Source of the DNA: Bispira polyomma
Lineage: Eukaryota
Reading direction: 5' to 3'
Assembly (NCBI GenBank): GCA_965649765.1
Contig: OZ287756.1
Location: 47,492,001 to 47,556,000 of the forward strand
DNA: 64,000 nucleotides
The notes beneath the pieces were generated by a model. It did no database searches and was not told where the DNA came from. It worked only from the letters and a program-made list of their open reading frames with translations. The translations under genes were made by a program, and so were the position numbers. This document shows, in pieces, positions 1 through 11,637 of the stretch (position 1 is the first letter of the stretch; the number at the start of each line of letters is the position of its first letter).

Positions 1-9
1 ATCAAAGAC

Positions 10-333
10 TTGTTAGATTATAGGCCCCTGGGCCCCTCTGCCCCTCTATTTGCAGCAAATCAACCCCCCTTTAATACAATAGTAGATTCTCATGTTAGGT
101 CAGCATTGCAAAACATATTAGAACACATAGGAATTCAATATAGCTCTCATGGCTTCCACACCTTCAGAAGGTCGGGAGCCACCTTTGCTTTCAACCATAA
201 TGTTTCTCTCCAGAACATTATGGCCCATGGTCTCTGGAGATTCTCTTCAGTATGGGCTTACCTACAAAAAACCTCACAAGCATCCTCGGTAGTACCCCTT
301 ACATTTGCTGCAGCTATTCCTTCCTCTTTGTAG
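10..333 (+). CDS. Tyrosine recombinase C-terminal part (5'-partial, DIRS type)
   Basis: Catalytic motifs HTFRRSGAT (HxxR), HGLW and downstream Y (VWAY). The ORF runs off the window start. Confidence 0.9.
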   Translation: MLDYRPLGPSAPLFAANQPPFNTIVDSHVRSALQNILEHIGIQYSSHGFHTFRRSGATFAFNHNVSLQNIMAHGLWRFSSVWAYLQKTSQASSVVPLTFAAAIPSSL

Positions 334-502
334 TTTGGCTTGGGACATCAAAATTTTTATAAATTAAAAGTTTTTAAGCATTTAATTTTTAACCTTATGT
401 ATAATATGTAATTATGTACTAACATGTAGAAAATAAACCCTCAATGGAATTGTTTTACTACCTTCTTCACACTTACCTGACACATAGAAAACCTTTGGTT
501 GA

Positions 503-1043
503 CCTTAACTTGACCTTATACTTATCATGGGGACTGTGGTAAGCAGGACCTCTTTAGGGGACTACTGCTTCAGTCCACATACACATAGCTACATATCTAT
601 TTAACTACCTTAAACATTTAATCTTATATCACCACACTTAAGTTATTCTTCTGTCCATCCTGGTTAAGACCAATCAAATTACCCCACCACTAGCTAATTC
701 CCGCTATTTTGGAATATTCCTCCATATTGAATTTTACCACTGAAATGACAACAGTGGAAAATATTTTAAGCAACCCACCACCTCCCCTTTACCACAGCTA
801 ACTTAAGTACTTTCATCGAACTTTGAATTAGGTACAGAGAATGAGTCATCTTAGGCCGAGCTGGGGGCCCTGTGGGGGCGGGGTTCAGTCTACTTTAACC
901 TTCCCCTGAGCAAACCACTGGGGTGCCAGGGTGGAATAGAGGCTCTGAGAGGCTGAACCTACCCTTGCTAGGCGGTGTTGTCCTAGGCCACCAGTTCTAG
1001 TCGGGTGGCCTTAACTTGACCTTATACTTATCATGGGGACTGT
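503..1043 (+). repeat. 35-bp direct repeat CCTTAACTTGACCTTATACTTATCATGGGGACTGT at 503-537 and 1009-1043 (B1/B2 ends)
   Basis: Exact duplication read directly from the sequence. Confidence 0.95.
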
Positions 1044-3317
1044 CATGTTTAAAAGTTTATTCTGTCTTCCAAGGCACAGATTCTCTAAAAGGAATAGTCC
1101 GTTAAACAGAAAAAGTTAATTACTAAGAAAATGCTCAAACAGTTGGGGCCAGCTATGGTTGCAGCAGCAAAAGATAGGAATTCAAATGATTTCTAAACAT
1201 AGTCAGGTTACTATGTAGTCTCACGGCCAGTGGGAGTTTATTCCACCCCGCTGGAACAGCAAACAGCAATGGCACCTCTTTTAATTTGTTATTTGAAGCA
1301 GGAACTGAAACCCTATTGCCAAATGTTATAGTACAGGTATTGATGAGATAACATATTATTCAAATATATGACTTAAAACACAAAGAAGTTATACTTAAAA
1401 AGTATTTGTTTTTCTGTTTGGTATGGATGTAAAGGGTTCTATTGTTGTAACCTGAATGTAATATTCCTTTTTGTGCTGTCAAATCAGTGCATTTTTATAA
1501 TTTATTTAATAAATAGCCTTGTTCAATCAAGTGAAAAGAATTCTATTGCCTTTCCTTTATTTATATCCTTGATGGGTATATGTGTATTTATAAATTGGCG
1601 AGATAGACTTTGAAAAATGCATAAAATTAAAATTTGTTACTGTCACTTTACGTTTCAGGAGGTTAAGTCAGGGAATTGCCTCAAATCATAATTTCTTTAA
1701 CTTAATGGCCCTCGCCTTCCGCTCAGACTATTAATATTAAGTCGAGTGGTCAATGAACCTTTAAAGTTCTTTCACATGACATATGTACTCAAAGGTGTCA
1801 ACTGGATTCCTTTGACATATATGAAACAGTGTTTTAAACTGTTACCTTCTTCTATAAATTCTAAAACCTCGATATTTTGTACCAATATTTCGGATCACAC
1901 CTGCCTCTCAACTATTGCTAATGAGTTTGTCCCACTTTCCTCGGGAAAGTATATTTAATTATGTTAGTACATATAACATGCATTAATATATGTAATTTTG
2001 TTTATCTGTACATAATACTGTTCTAAATCTTCTTGTCACTTTCTTGTCCTTTGTCTATATGGTTAATGTGCGTTTTATCCATGTTTATCTAGAATAAACG
2101 AAATAAAATGTATTTATTGTCTTTTTCTTTCTGTGCTTTTGCAGCAATAACACTAGCAATTTGATCTGCTGGGACGGTGTGAACTATTACTTGTTTGAGG
2201 AAAACTTATCACATTAACATCACTTTAAACATGTTGTCCCCGATTTCTGCACCGTTACCCAGAAATCTTGAACTTCAGCAAGTCTACTGCCAATTTTACA
2301 ACATGCATACCATGGCAATTTTTCAAACCCACAATTCCAGAGGTGCTTTACCTAAATCACTGAGGCCATTTCAATTTTCTTGTTATGTAATTCCAAGTAA
2401 CTTTATAAATGAAACACTTATCTTTCTTTCGAAATAAGAAGACAAATATAAACTAAGTGCTTCATGCTCCCTACAGATGGCATTTGTCATTCTAGAAGCT
2501 GCCTTCCTGTCAGTTCTAGTGATATCAGTCAGTAACTGACAAGCTGAAAAAAATCTCCATTTGATTGAGTTCCAGAGAGTAGTTCTTATTCTGTGTACAC
2601 AATCTCCTCTGACATTGCTGAGAGATTTCTCTCTACTGTCTGAAATCTAGCAACATGTACACAGTTGCTAAAGTTAGGGAAACATTATCAGTGTCTAATA
2701 TTAAATAGGAATATTGAGCCGTGGCTGTGCTACTATACTTTTATAAATTACTAAAATTGGTGAATAAAATACAAGCACAGGAGAATTTGGAGAAATAACC
2801 CTGAAACTACCAAAAGAAATATTAGAATTTTGAATTAACTAGGGATTAAAAAGTTTCTCTATTGTGTGAGATCTAGCCCTGTAAAGCATTTATTACTTGA
2901 ACTAGGGTGATCTAAGGTGACCATATATTAAATAGATTGAATAGTCTAGATACTTTATTATAAGCTTCACTTATATTATTATAAGGGTAACTGAGTTATT
3001 ACTACTATTATTCTATAAAAGAAATCTTAATTATAGGGTAATAAGTAAACTAATATAGTTTAAGGGTCTTCACATAATGTATAGGTATCATTATAATGGT
3101 AAAAGTTACATGCTTATGTGCAGGTTAAGGTCACCCCAAATCTTAAAATTTCTTTTAAAATCTTACCTTAATGTAAGGTGGCCTTAAACTTACAGTTAAG
3201 GTCACCTTTAGTTGTCATAATTTCTTGTTAAAACTTACCTTAAGGTAAGATGACCTTAAACTTAAATGTTTTGTATACGTTAACATCATTGTATAAACTA
3301 ATGTAGGAGATGTACAT

Positions 3318-5016
3318 CTAATCTACCTAATCTAATCAAACTTTTATAGTGCTTATTCTTCGTTCTTAGGGGATTTTAAAGGATGTGAGTGAGGTTGCAC
3401 AACAAATTTGGTAGGTTATTCATTCCAAAGTGTTAAAGCATCATGGGCAAAGCTATTGTTACACTGACGTTTAAATTTGTGTACTGCTGAGATAAATCTA
3501 AAAAATGGTCAGGTAACTTTTTTCCAGTCTGCTCTTTCTGGTATTATGACTGCATGTGTAAAGTGTGAAGTATGAATTCCTGTATGCTGGAAGGCCATAA
3601 TTTAAGAATTTGTAGACTAAAGTAGATCTTTGGAACATACATCTAAACTCAATGGGTAACCAGTGGAGACTTCTTTAGACCGGAGTAACACATGAGTACT
3701 TGGAATGGTTGGCAACCAATCTGGCTAACGAGTTTTGGATGTATTGCAACTTACGGATGTCAGCCATGGATAAACTTCTGTAAAGAGAATTACAGTAGTC
3801 AAGACGACATGTAACCAGAACATTTGCAACTATAGTAGCAGTACTGGCTGACAAATAGCGCCTAACCCTTCCTAGATCCCTCATTTTCAAACTTCATGAA
3901 CTTGTTTGGAGAAGGAAAACGTAGAATCAAACCACACCCCCAGGTTCTTGACAGCACTTGCAGGGTACACCATGTTTCCTAAAATATTGACTGGGAACAA
4001 ATCCTTAAATCTATCAGCCTGTACTCTTGATCCAAATAGTATAAACTCAGTCTTGTCCGGGTTTAATTTAAGTGTGTTGGCAAACATCCATTTTCGAACA
4101 TCACTTAGTCAACTGTCTTGAACACTTGTGGCATGTTTATATGAGAGATGAGCATACAGTTGTGCGTCATCAACATAAAAGTGGTACTTGATACAGCTAT
4201 GTTTGCTGATAATATACCTGAGCAGAGTAGTGTACAAAGAAAATAACATTTGGCTCAGAACTGACCCTTGGGGAACACCAAACTTAAGCTTAAACAACTC
4301 TGACAGAGTCGAGCTTATTTTGACAGACTAAAATTGATTTGAGAGGTATGAAGTGAACCATTCAAGAACTGTACAATGAAAGCCAAACCAGGACGATAAG
4401 TATTCAAGCAAGGTAGCATGATCAATGGTATCGAAAGCTGCTGACAGGTCGAGGAGGACTAGTGCTGTAGGTTCACCTTTTGAAAGAGATATATGTACTT
4501 CATTTTTGATGGATAGAAGAGCTGTTTCAGTGGAATGGCCCTGTTTATAAGCAGACTGAAGGATTCTTACCACTAGCTAGGAGATGAAACTTAGGCCCGA
4601 TACTGGCCTATAATTCTTTAGGTCTTTTTTTTTTGGTAACGATGGTTTCTTTATAAGGGGAGTTACTACAGCCTCTTTAAATTTATCAGGTACAATACCC
4701 TCTGCAAGAGAGTGGTTGACAAGTATGGTGATGGACGGTAGAAGTATATTGATGCATTCCTTCACCAGGAAGGTTGGCCAGGATCTAACATACAGAGCTT
4801 TTGCCCGTTTTGTGAATTTTCTTCAATGACTGATTTGTAGTGATCTCCTTTTGCTCTATTTAACAATATATTGCACCATGCAACCTGTTTCCTTAATCTG
4901 GATCTGTTTAGTGGAGTTTTCTCCTTACGCCGGGCTCTTTTATATTGACGGTGCAGTGATTTAGCCATGCGGTATGCTTCAGTAACCCATTTTGGTGCTG
5001 TTTGGTCAAGTAATAG
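3318..5016 (-). mobile_element. 5'-truncated, degraded L2/CR1-group LINE (RT region and 3' end)
   Basis: Fragments KNYRPVSGLSFIS, QSAYKQGHSTETALL, LLDLSAAFDTIDH, FGVPQGSVL, FYVDD, LKLNPDKTE, RLDYCNSL. Tail is (TTAGA)n-like. GTACAT TSD on both sides; empty site at ~14205. Confidence 0.92.
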
Positions 5017-6559
5017 TACATACATTGTAGTTTAGATTATATCTTATACACATTTACATATATATTAAAGTCATATATCCTCACTTATGTTCTAATTCGG
5101 TCAGGGTGTGTTAAGGACTGAATATAACCACAAGCTTGATATCAGTGACTTGATATCAGTGAACAGACCTTTAGCTTGCTGCTTACATAACCAAATCACT
5201 GCCAGGGTAATATGGGTGTGATCTGGTGTAATAAGCTTTGTGTGCTATACCAGAAATACCTCAGCTTATTGCAGGAATTACCCTAAGGCTAATTTAGTCT
5301 GAGGTCAATGTGTGGGTTTGTTTACGTCCAGATAAAAAGTAAGTGGCTGTTAAATGTCTATTTGTCTGGAATGTTTGGCACTGTTCTCTACTGTCAAAAG
5401 TATTCATTATATTGATTAGTTGTCAGCAAAAAAGATATGTTAATTTATCTGTGTACATACAATGCTCTTCCAACTTCCAACTTAACTATAAATTTCAATT
5501 AATAATAAACATTCATTAACAGCATACAATGTTATAACACACACCCCATGAAGGCTTACAAGACACCAAATACATTTAAATAAAAATATTTTGTTAATAT
5601 TGCAAGATAAAATTGACTTTAATGTATGACATATTACCTATTGGACTTATAAATTAGCTTCTCTGTAAATATGTTTTACATTCTGATCCTCTTCATGACA
5701 TTACTTGTGACTATGTAGAAAGGCTTTAAAGTCAGAATCATAAGGTAAACAAACCAATGTGCTTTGAAATATGGGTCATGATGTGTCAGAAGTAACTCCA
5801 AAAGTAGAATAGTATTCTGAAATAAAAGTGACTAGAACAGCACAAGGCATTGATTAAAAAGTTGAATAAACACTTACAAAGCCATAAGGCAGAGTACAAT
5901 AAATGTACAGTTCCACATTAATAGAAGGCAAAGTCCAGTTAAGGTGAATTACGTTGTGGTATGACCTTCATAAGACAGTAAAATATTGGTTTGCAGAATT
6001 TATTCTGTACATGTTAGTAGCTATGATATATACATAAAATGAAAAAAAGTTTAAAATTGAAAAAGAGATTTTAAATATGCCCATAACTAGCATGTGCAAG
6101 ATCTCGTGAATGAGACTAGCCCTGGTTAGACATCATGCTAAAACAAATTCCTGTAATACAACTAGGAAAATATAAAGAAAGAGTGGCTTTCACCACGACA
6201 AGATAAAATGAAGAGGTAAAAAAACAAAAAGCCAGAAGTAAAATAAAGAAAATAAAACCTTAAGAACTAGAAATTGGTAAGAATAGAGCATAAATATAAA
6301 TGTGTCCTAGTATTGTTAAGTAACATATACTAAAGGTTAATATTCCTCAATGGATAATGTTACCATCTCCAATGAAACCACTCCACAGTTAGAACCTGGG
6401 TCCTACGGCACCTAATTGCCTAGCAGTGAAGGTTCCCGCCTGCAGAGCTGAATTCCTCGGTAGCCCACACCAGGGGTAGTTGCAGCCGGGGACCAGCACC
6501 ACATGGATTGGAGTTCGAACCAGTGGCAGTGGCACACGAGTTTTTTAGGTAAACAGTTT

Positions 6560-6867
6560 TTAAACATGGAAGAAAAAGAAATATTTGACATCCTCAGGAA
6601 TCCGAAGAAAGCAACTAAGAAAGCAGCCCTAAATAACTTGGGGTCATCTAATATGGCACAAGTTTTGGAAATGTCTTTGAGAAGTTTGATGTCAAACACT
6701 CCTTTCTTTTGTGGCTTAAATTTTGAGGAAAGTGAAAGACTACGACAGAACAATGATACTGAGATGTGTGTGAATGGAAGCATATCTAAATTATATTTTG
6801 CAAACATAAATTTGAGTGCAGCCAGGTAGTTGTTAACTAACCTGGGTAAAATATTGTTCTGTACCAA
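6560..6867 (-). pseudogene. Tyrosine recombinase N-terminal fragment (truncated)
   Basis: NNYLAALKFMF...RAAFLVAFFGFLRMSN contains the first catalytic Arg box. Homology is lost after it. Confidence 0.85.
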
Positions 6868-6881
6868 GTACTCCAGAAACG

Positions 6882-8507
6882 CTAGTACTGTAGTTTGCCC
6901 CTAATGTGCTGTTTGTGCAAAGTAATGTCGAAAGTGGATGTTAATAACCAAATGTTCCTTGTGCATGTGGCTGAAAAGGAATCTTTTGTCTTACCTGTGT
7001 CAACAACTAACACAACTGTCAGATTGTCACACCTCACTGTGACTCTCTGGTGAGCCCAGTCCTTGCCCCAAAGCCTTAGGGCTATGATAATATTCAACAT
7101 TTTCAATTGAGTAATAGCGAGGGTACGTCCATAAATATTGTGTATTGGTGTGGCATATACCTCTTTATTCCAGATACCGCCGAAGCCTGTCAGGCAAGCA
7201 TCCAAGGAAAATTCTTGCATATTTGATATGTTTGTAGGTGAAATGTAAGTTATGCCATTAAACTGTGGTAAGAATGAAATAAACCAAGTAATGTCTTGCC
7301 TAATGTTGTTTGTAATTTTGAATCTCTTGGTACCTCGGTTGTCTCTGAAGACAGCCAATAGCCTGTTCACAAATACTCTAGCAGGCTTCACTTGTGTATG
7401 TATAGTAATTTTCCTACCATGCTTTGGTATAGTACGTGAGAGCCATGACTTGATAATAATGTTTTGTAGTTCTTGATAGATCTGATTTATCTTATCTTGA
7501 TTGATACTTATGACAACCTTTACAATATCAATGTTGATTCCCAGAAAAGTCATGAAAGTGTCAGGGCTAACTGAGTTGTCTTTCTTTATGGGAAGCCCCA
7601 ATTTGTCAAGTATCTCATGTAGGAGGGCGTAGCCTTCATTTGCCCTACTTCTAGTGTAAATACAGGCATAATCATCTATGTAGCAGAACAATGTAAACCC
7701 ATGAGACCTCATGTAGTCAGTTACAATGTCCGAGCAACGCTGAAATGCTGTGCTGCCATGGGCCCAGCCGAACGCCACAATAGGATCAACACTGAGGTTA
7801 TGAAAAGCTCGTGCCACGTCTGTCTTATACACTTAAGGGTCGTCAGTGTTTCTAATTTCCCTAGTAATATGATCAATAATGGGGAACCTTAAGATGAATT
7901 TTGTATGATCAAAAGTATTCCTAACTACTTGGCTGTCAACAGACAAGTTATGTGTGTAAGAGAGATTAAGTATCAGCCTATGTTTATCAATATCCTTTGG
8001 CCTGGTTGAAAAGGGTGAACAATGGAAATGTGTATCATTAATTATGTTAACTGGGCCCAACATGGCTCCCTGAGACTGTTCCTTTTCTAGACATTAAAGC
8101 ACTTCTGAAGGGTATTGAATAGCCGAATGGTGGTTATCAGAGTTGGTATTATGAAGTAACTTCGGGTCATCTAATAAGAGAGGGAACCCAAACTTAATAT
8201 ATTGCAACAGCAACTTATCTGAGTGGTCAAGCAAGAGTTCTTTCAAAGCTGCCACATTAAGGCCATATTCCATTGGGATTCTAGCGGATCTATAATTGGG
8301 TAACCCAGTATCTCCAATTATTTCAGCAGTGTGAAGCATGCTGTCAACACTGGTGATAGCTAGAGGTTCCCTATCTCGGCCGACGAATTCATATTCTGTG
8401 TTGGAAAGTCTAATGAAACCTACTGTTTTTGATTCACAATGGACATCTGTTGTCCCTGTTTTCGAAGAAGAATCACTTACTTTAACCTTAAGTGTGTTGT
8501 CATACAC
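6882..8507 (-). pseudogene. DIRS-type reverse transcriptase/RNase H (broken into ORFs 8094-8507, 7833-8063, 6882-7832)
   Basis: IKFGFPL, HCSPFSTRPK..RLILNLS, YKTDVARAF, FCYIDD, SLDACLTGFGG, VRCDN motifs. Confidence 0.92.
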
Positions 8508-9301
8508 ACCCTGACAGTGATTAATGATTGGATTATGGGTCTAGTCGCCCGACGTACGGACGTCTCGTTATTATTGTTAGCATTATGTGTTAGAACATTT
8601 TCATCACACATGGGTGCATTATGACTGGCACTAACGATGTCCTTATGTTCAATTAAGTTATCTATAATGCTATTAATATGTTGTGTGTAATCACAACCAT
8701 AACCACTAATGCACTCGAGGTCTCTATTGTACTGATAATGTGCTAGTTCAGCCTGCTCTTTTGGCATATCAGTATATTGGTGATATACCCACTGTACTGG
8801 GTTAATGGTAACGACCATTTCCGTGACATATAAAATTCCCAGCGACTCGTTGGGGATTTCAGTTATTCTTTGGAAGAAATTAACGCTATTTGCCCAATCA
8901 TAATCTTGACAATAGAAACCCGAGGCACCTTCAAAACCATGAATTTTCAAATATATCGTGTTTTGAACTCCTTGGCTACTTGCGACTAACCAATTACAGA
9001 CTGAGGCCGTGGCTGTATATGTCAATCTACTACACATACTATTATTACTATATGCCAGATCAACTTGCATTTCATTATTTACATAGTATACAGTGTCAAG
9101 ATTTACAACACATTCTTTATTTGCACCACTGTTTACCTGGTTATTGTTAGTCAAACAATTGTTACAGTCAAGAAAAGTTTTAGCACTATATTGTATGTCT
9201 GTATTTAGCGCCTCCTCCATGGAAGACTGCTGAACTACTGTCTGACCATTCCTGGAATTGTTAGTACATACAGTGTTGAGTGGACAATCTGAAATACTCA
9301 T
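8477..9301 (-). CDS. Uncharacterised ORF in the gag-RT interval of YR element 2 (probable pol N-terminal extension)
   Basis: 274-aa open frame on the element strand, directly upstream of RT. No motif recognised. Confidence 0.5.
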   Translation of the reverse strand: MSISDCPLNTVCTNNSRNGQTVVQQSSMEEALNTDIQYSAKTFLDCNNCLTNNNQVNSGANKECVVNLDTVYYVNNEMQVDLAYSNNSMCSRLTYTATASVCNWLVASSQGVQNTIYLKIHGFEGASGFYCQDYDWANSVNFFQRITEIPNESLGILYVTEMVVTINPVQWVYHQYTDMPKEQAELAHYQYNRDLECISGYGCDYTQHINSIIDNLIEHKDIVSASHNAPMCDENVLTHNANNNNETSVRRATRPIIQSLITVRVCMTTHLRLK

Positions 9302-9523
9302 ATGATTGTAATTTTAGACATGTACATTGTCTACTAACTGACCTTGTCAGCAATATTACAGTTAGTAAACATTACTTCCTTTGAGTTAGAATTACTTAAT
9401 TTACTCTCTGTAATGTCCAATTTATCACTGTCTATTATGTCCTCAAGCATGACATCATTAATTAAATTTTTAGAATAATCATTTCTATCTACTAAGTCTA
9501 CTTCATTACTACATTTATACACA

Positions 9524-9886
9524 TTACGCCTGTCTGTGATCTGTGATGGTACCATTGCGAGAAGCCCCTGTAAAGGAACCTAACAGAGTTGAGTAACGCG
9601 AGCCACGTGCCTCCACCCGATCCAGACGTTTATTGATGTCTGCATTCGCGGATTCCAGTTTTTTCAAAACTGATAGGACTTCTCCCATACCCGATTGTAC
9701 AGTAGTTGTGTCGGGAACTGTGACTGCTTCCTCCAGTCTACTTTGCAAGTTTAAAGCCAGTGGGTCAATGCTATTAATACCAGTACCTTGTCTAAGTTGA
9801 CCATTTGCACTTCGTGGCTTTCTAGTAGTCGACTTCTTCTTTACTTGTGGTGGAACACTGACGGGCATCTTTTTCGTTCTCCCCAT
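9524..9886 (-). pseudogene. gag-like ORF1 N-terminus (basic region and coiled coil), truncated
   Basis: First ORF after the element 5' end. VLSVLKKLESANADINKRLDRVE is a coiled coil comparable to the one in gag at 58236. Confidence 0.6.
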
Positions 9887-10783
9887 ATTGGTGTAAAAAT
9901 AATTAAAACACTAAATCTTCAAATAAAATCTTCAATTAAAACACAATTGTTGATCAATGTAAACATAAATGTAATATGGTGGAATGCTAAGGGAAGGGTA
10001 TAAGCTACACCAGGGAAGGAACCTGATTGGCTAAGGATGATGGACAGAAGAGGGATGAAAGAGTAAACTTAATTAATTAAGGTAGAATAGAATTAATGTT
10101 TAGAACTGAACAAGCAGACCCCTCTATGGTCTTGCTGGGCAAATGAGCTGCTGCTTTTATATTACCCTTAATGGGTATCTGATTTTTGTTGTATAGATCA
10201 TCAAAAGATTCTTCACTTGTTAACAACTAAAAATAAAGTTATGTTAATTCCATCAGAGTCCCTCAATAGCTGAAACATCTTCAGCATACAGAAAGGCAAG
10301 ATATGGTCCTCATTGTGATTTGATGTAATCACATACGATGTGAATATTTAATGAGAAAGGCTAATTCCGTGTAAATTACTGAAATACATACACGTCCTTA
10401 GGCAACTTTAGAACACGCCATTACGTGCTGCTGAGGCCAACATTGTGTTGTAAGAGTATTCCATTCACTTTAGAAAATTCCACTGTCATTGGGTCCTGTC
10501 CCCAGTGGCAAGCTAAATAACCTATATTTTCGATGTATGGTCATCCTCAAGCCTATATATTCTTTAGTTAGGTCAATGGCCAAGTTACTTGGTTGGTTGT
10601 ACTTGAGCAGCTGATTATAAATATGAATGCAACAAAACAACAGAATATAAGAACTGCTTTAAAACAAAAGACCTCTACTATTTCCCCATAGCTGTCTTGC
10701 AAGCTTAATATTTAAAAGGGTATTAAGGGATCGTATTTCGTCTAATTTTGGTCTACTGTTAATAAAATCATCTTTGAAATGGT

Positions 10784-11042
10784 TTTTTGAATTTGAATTT
10801 GGATATTTAACGTCCACTCTAGTACCTTTTAGTAGGTTAAATTGGGACGGGTAGTTGGAAATGCCGGAGGAAACACTGCATACAGTCAGTCAAGGTTCTG
10901 CAGAGAAACCAGCGACCCACAGTAAGGAACTACCACCTTTCCCACATAGGCTCGACGGGATTCGAACTCACGCCAACCAGAGGTGAGATACCAGTGTTTG
11001 TGAAGCGCAATGCTTGCTAACCACTAGGCCACCACAGCCCCA
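10784..11042 (-). mobile_element. tRNA-derived SINE, family S1 (Meta-domain-like), full length
   Basis: Minus strand has A box TGGCCTAGTGG, B box GAGTTCGAATCC and a (CAAATT)n tail. 10-bp TSD TTGAAATGGT (10774-10783/11043-11052). Empty site at ~18783. Confidence 0.92.
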
Positions 11043-11105
11043 TTGAAATGGTGTGCCTATATGGAAAATACAACAAGTTTTTATATAATTGATCAAACAG
11101 TAGTA

Positions 11106-11637
11106 TTAAAAAGCTCCAGTCCATCCAACACTACCTATGCAGGGTCATATTTCGCCTGGGTCGGCACAGACATCACTCCTTACCTCAAAAAATTACATTG
11201 GCTGCTCATTAACTCATGCATTCTGTTTAAGATTCACGTTACTACTTTTAAGGCTGTAGTCACTTAACAGCCCCCCTAACTTGCCTCCCTTCTTTCCATT
11301 AGTAACCGCAAGAGAGGCAACAGACTCTCCGTCACTTCGGTCAGACCAATCAGAAAGGCGGGGTTCAGAGCGTTCTCCACTGCAGCTCCAAGATTATGGA
11401 ACAGTCTTCCAGTCGACCTCAGATCAGTTGACACACTTATCGGTTTTAGAAAAAAGCTTAAAACCTATCTTTCTAATCTTGCCAACCCACCTTAGCTTCC
11501 CTCGTGCACGCTCCCACTTGCTTCCTTACAACTTTGCAATGTCCATCAACTTAATGATTGGACCAATAATTCTACTGTTGCGCTTTAGAAGATGCCTAGC
11601 ATCAATAAAGTGCATTAAAACTTAATAATAATAATAA
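11106..11637 (+). mobile_element. L2 LINE 3' fragment
   Basis: ITPYLKKLHWL..., LKTYLF-type end and (TAA)n tail. TAGTA duplication; empty site at ~18840. Confidence 0.88.

Larger units (their letters stand above)
1..1043 (+). mobile_element. 3' part of a DIRS-order tyrosine-recombinase retrotransposon (element 1) with split direct repeats (PAT/Ngaro-like layout)
   Basis: YR C-terminus at 10-333. A 35-bp exact direct repeat (503-537 and 1009-1043) ends in ACTGT. Segment 538-~730 resembles the 5' terminus of element 2 (10140 downward). Confidence 0.85.
5907..10140 (-). mobile_element. Internally deleted DIRS-order YR retrotransposon (element 2)
   Basis: gag-like, RT, RNase H and YR fragments occur in order. 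Ends are defined by the empty site ATAAATGT|AAATGAGCTG at ~18150 (no TSD). The 3' end ...GGAACTGT is homologous to the B repeat of element 1. Confidence 0.92.

Noticed and set aside
877-1010. Known ribozyme (hammerhead, HDV-like, twister) in the YR module
   Set aside because: No CUGANGA/GAAA core, no valid P1/P3/P1.1 nesting and no twister consensus could be fitted by eye.
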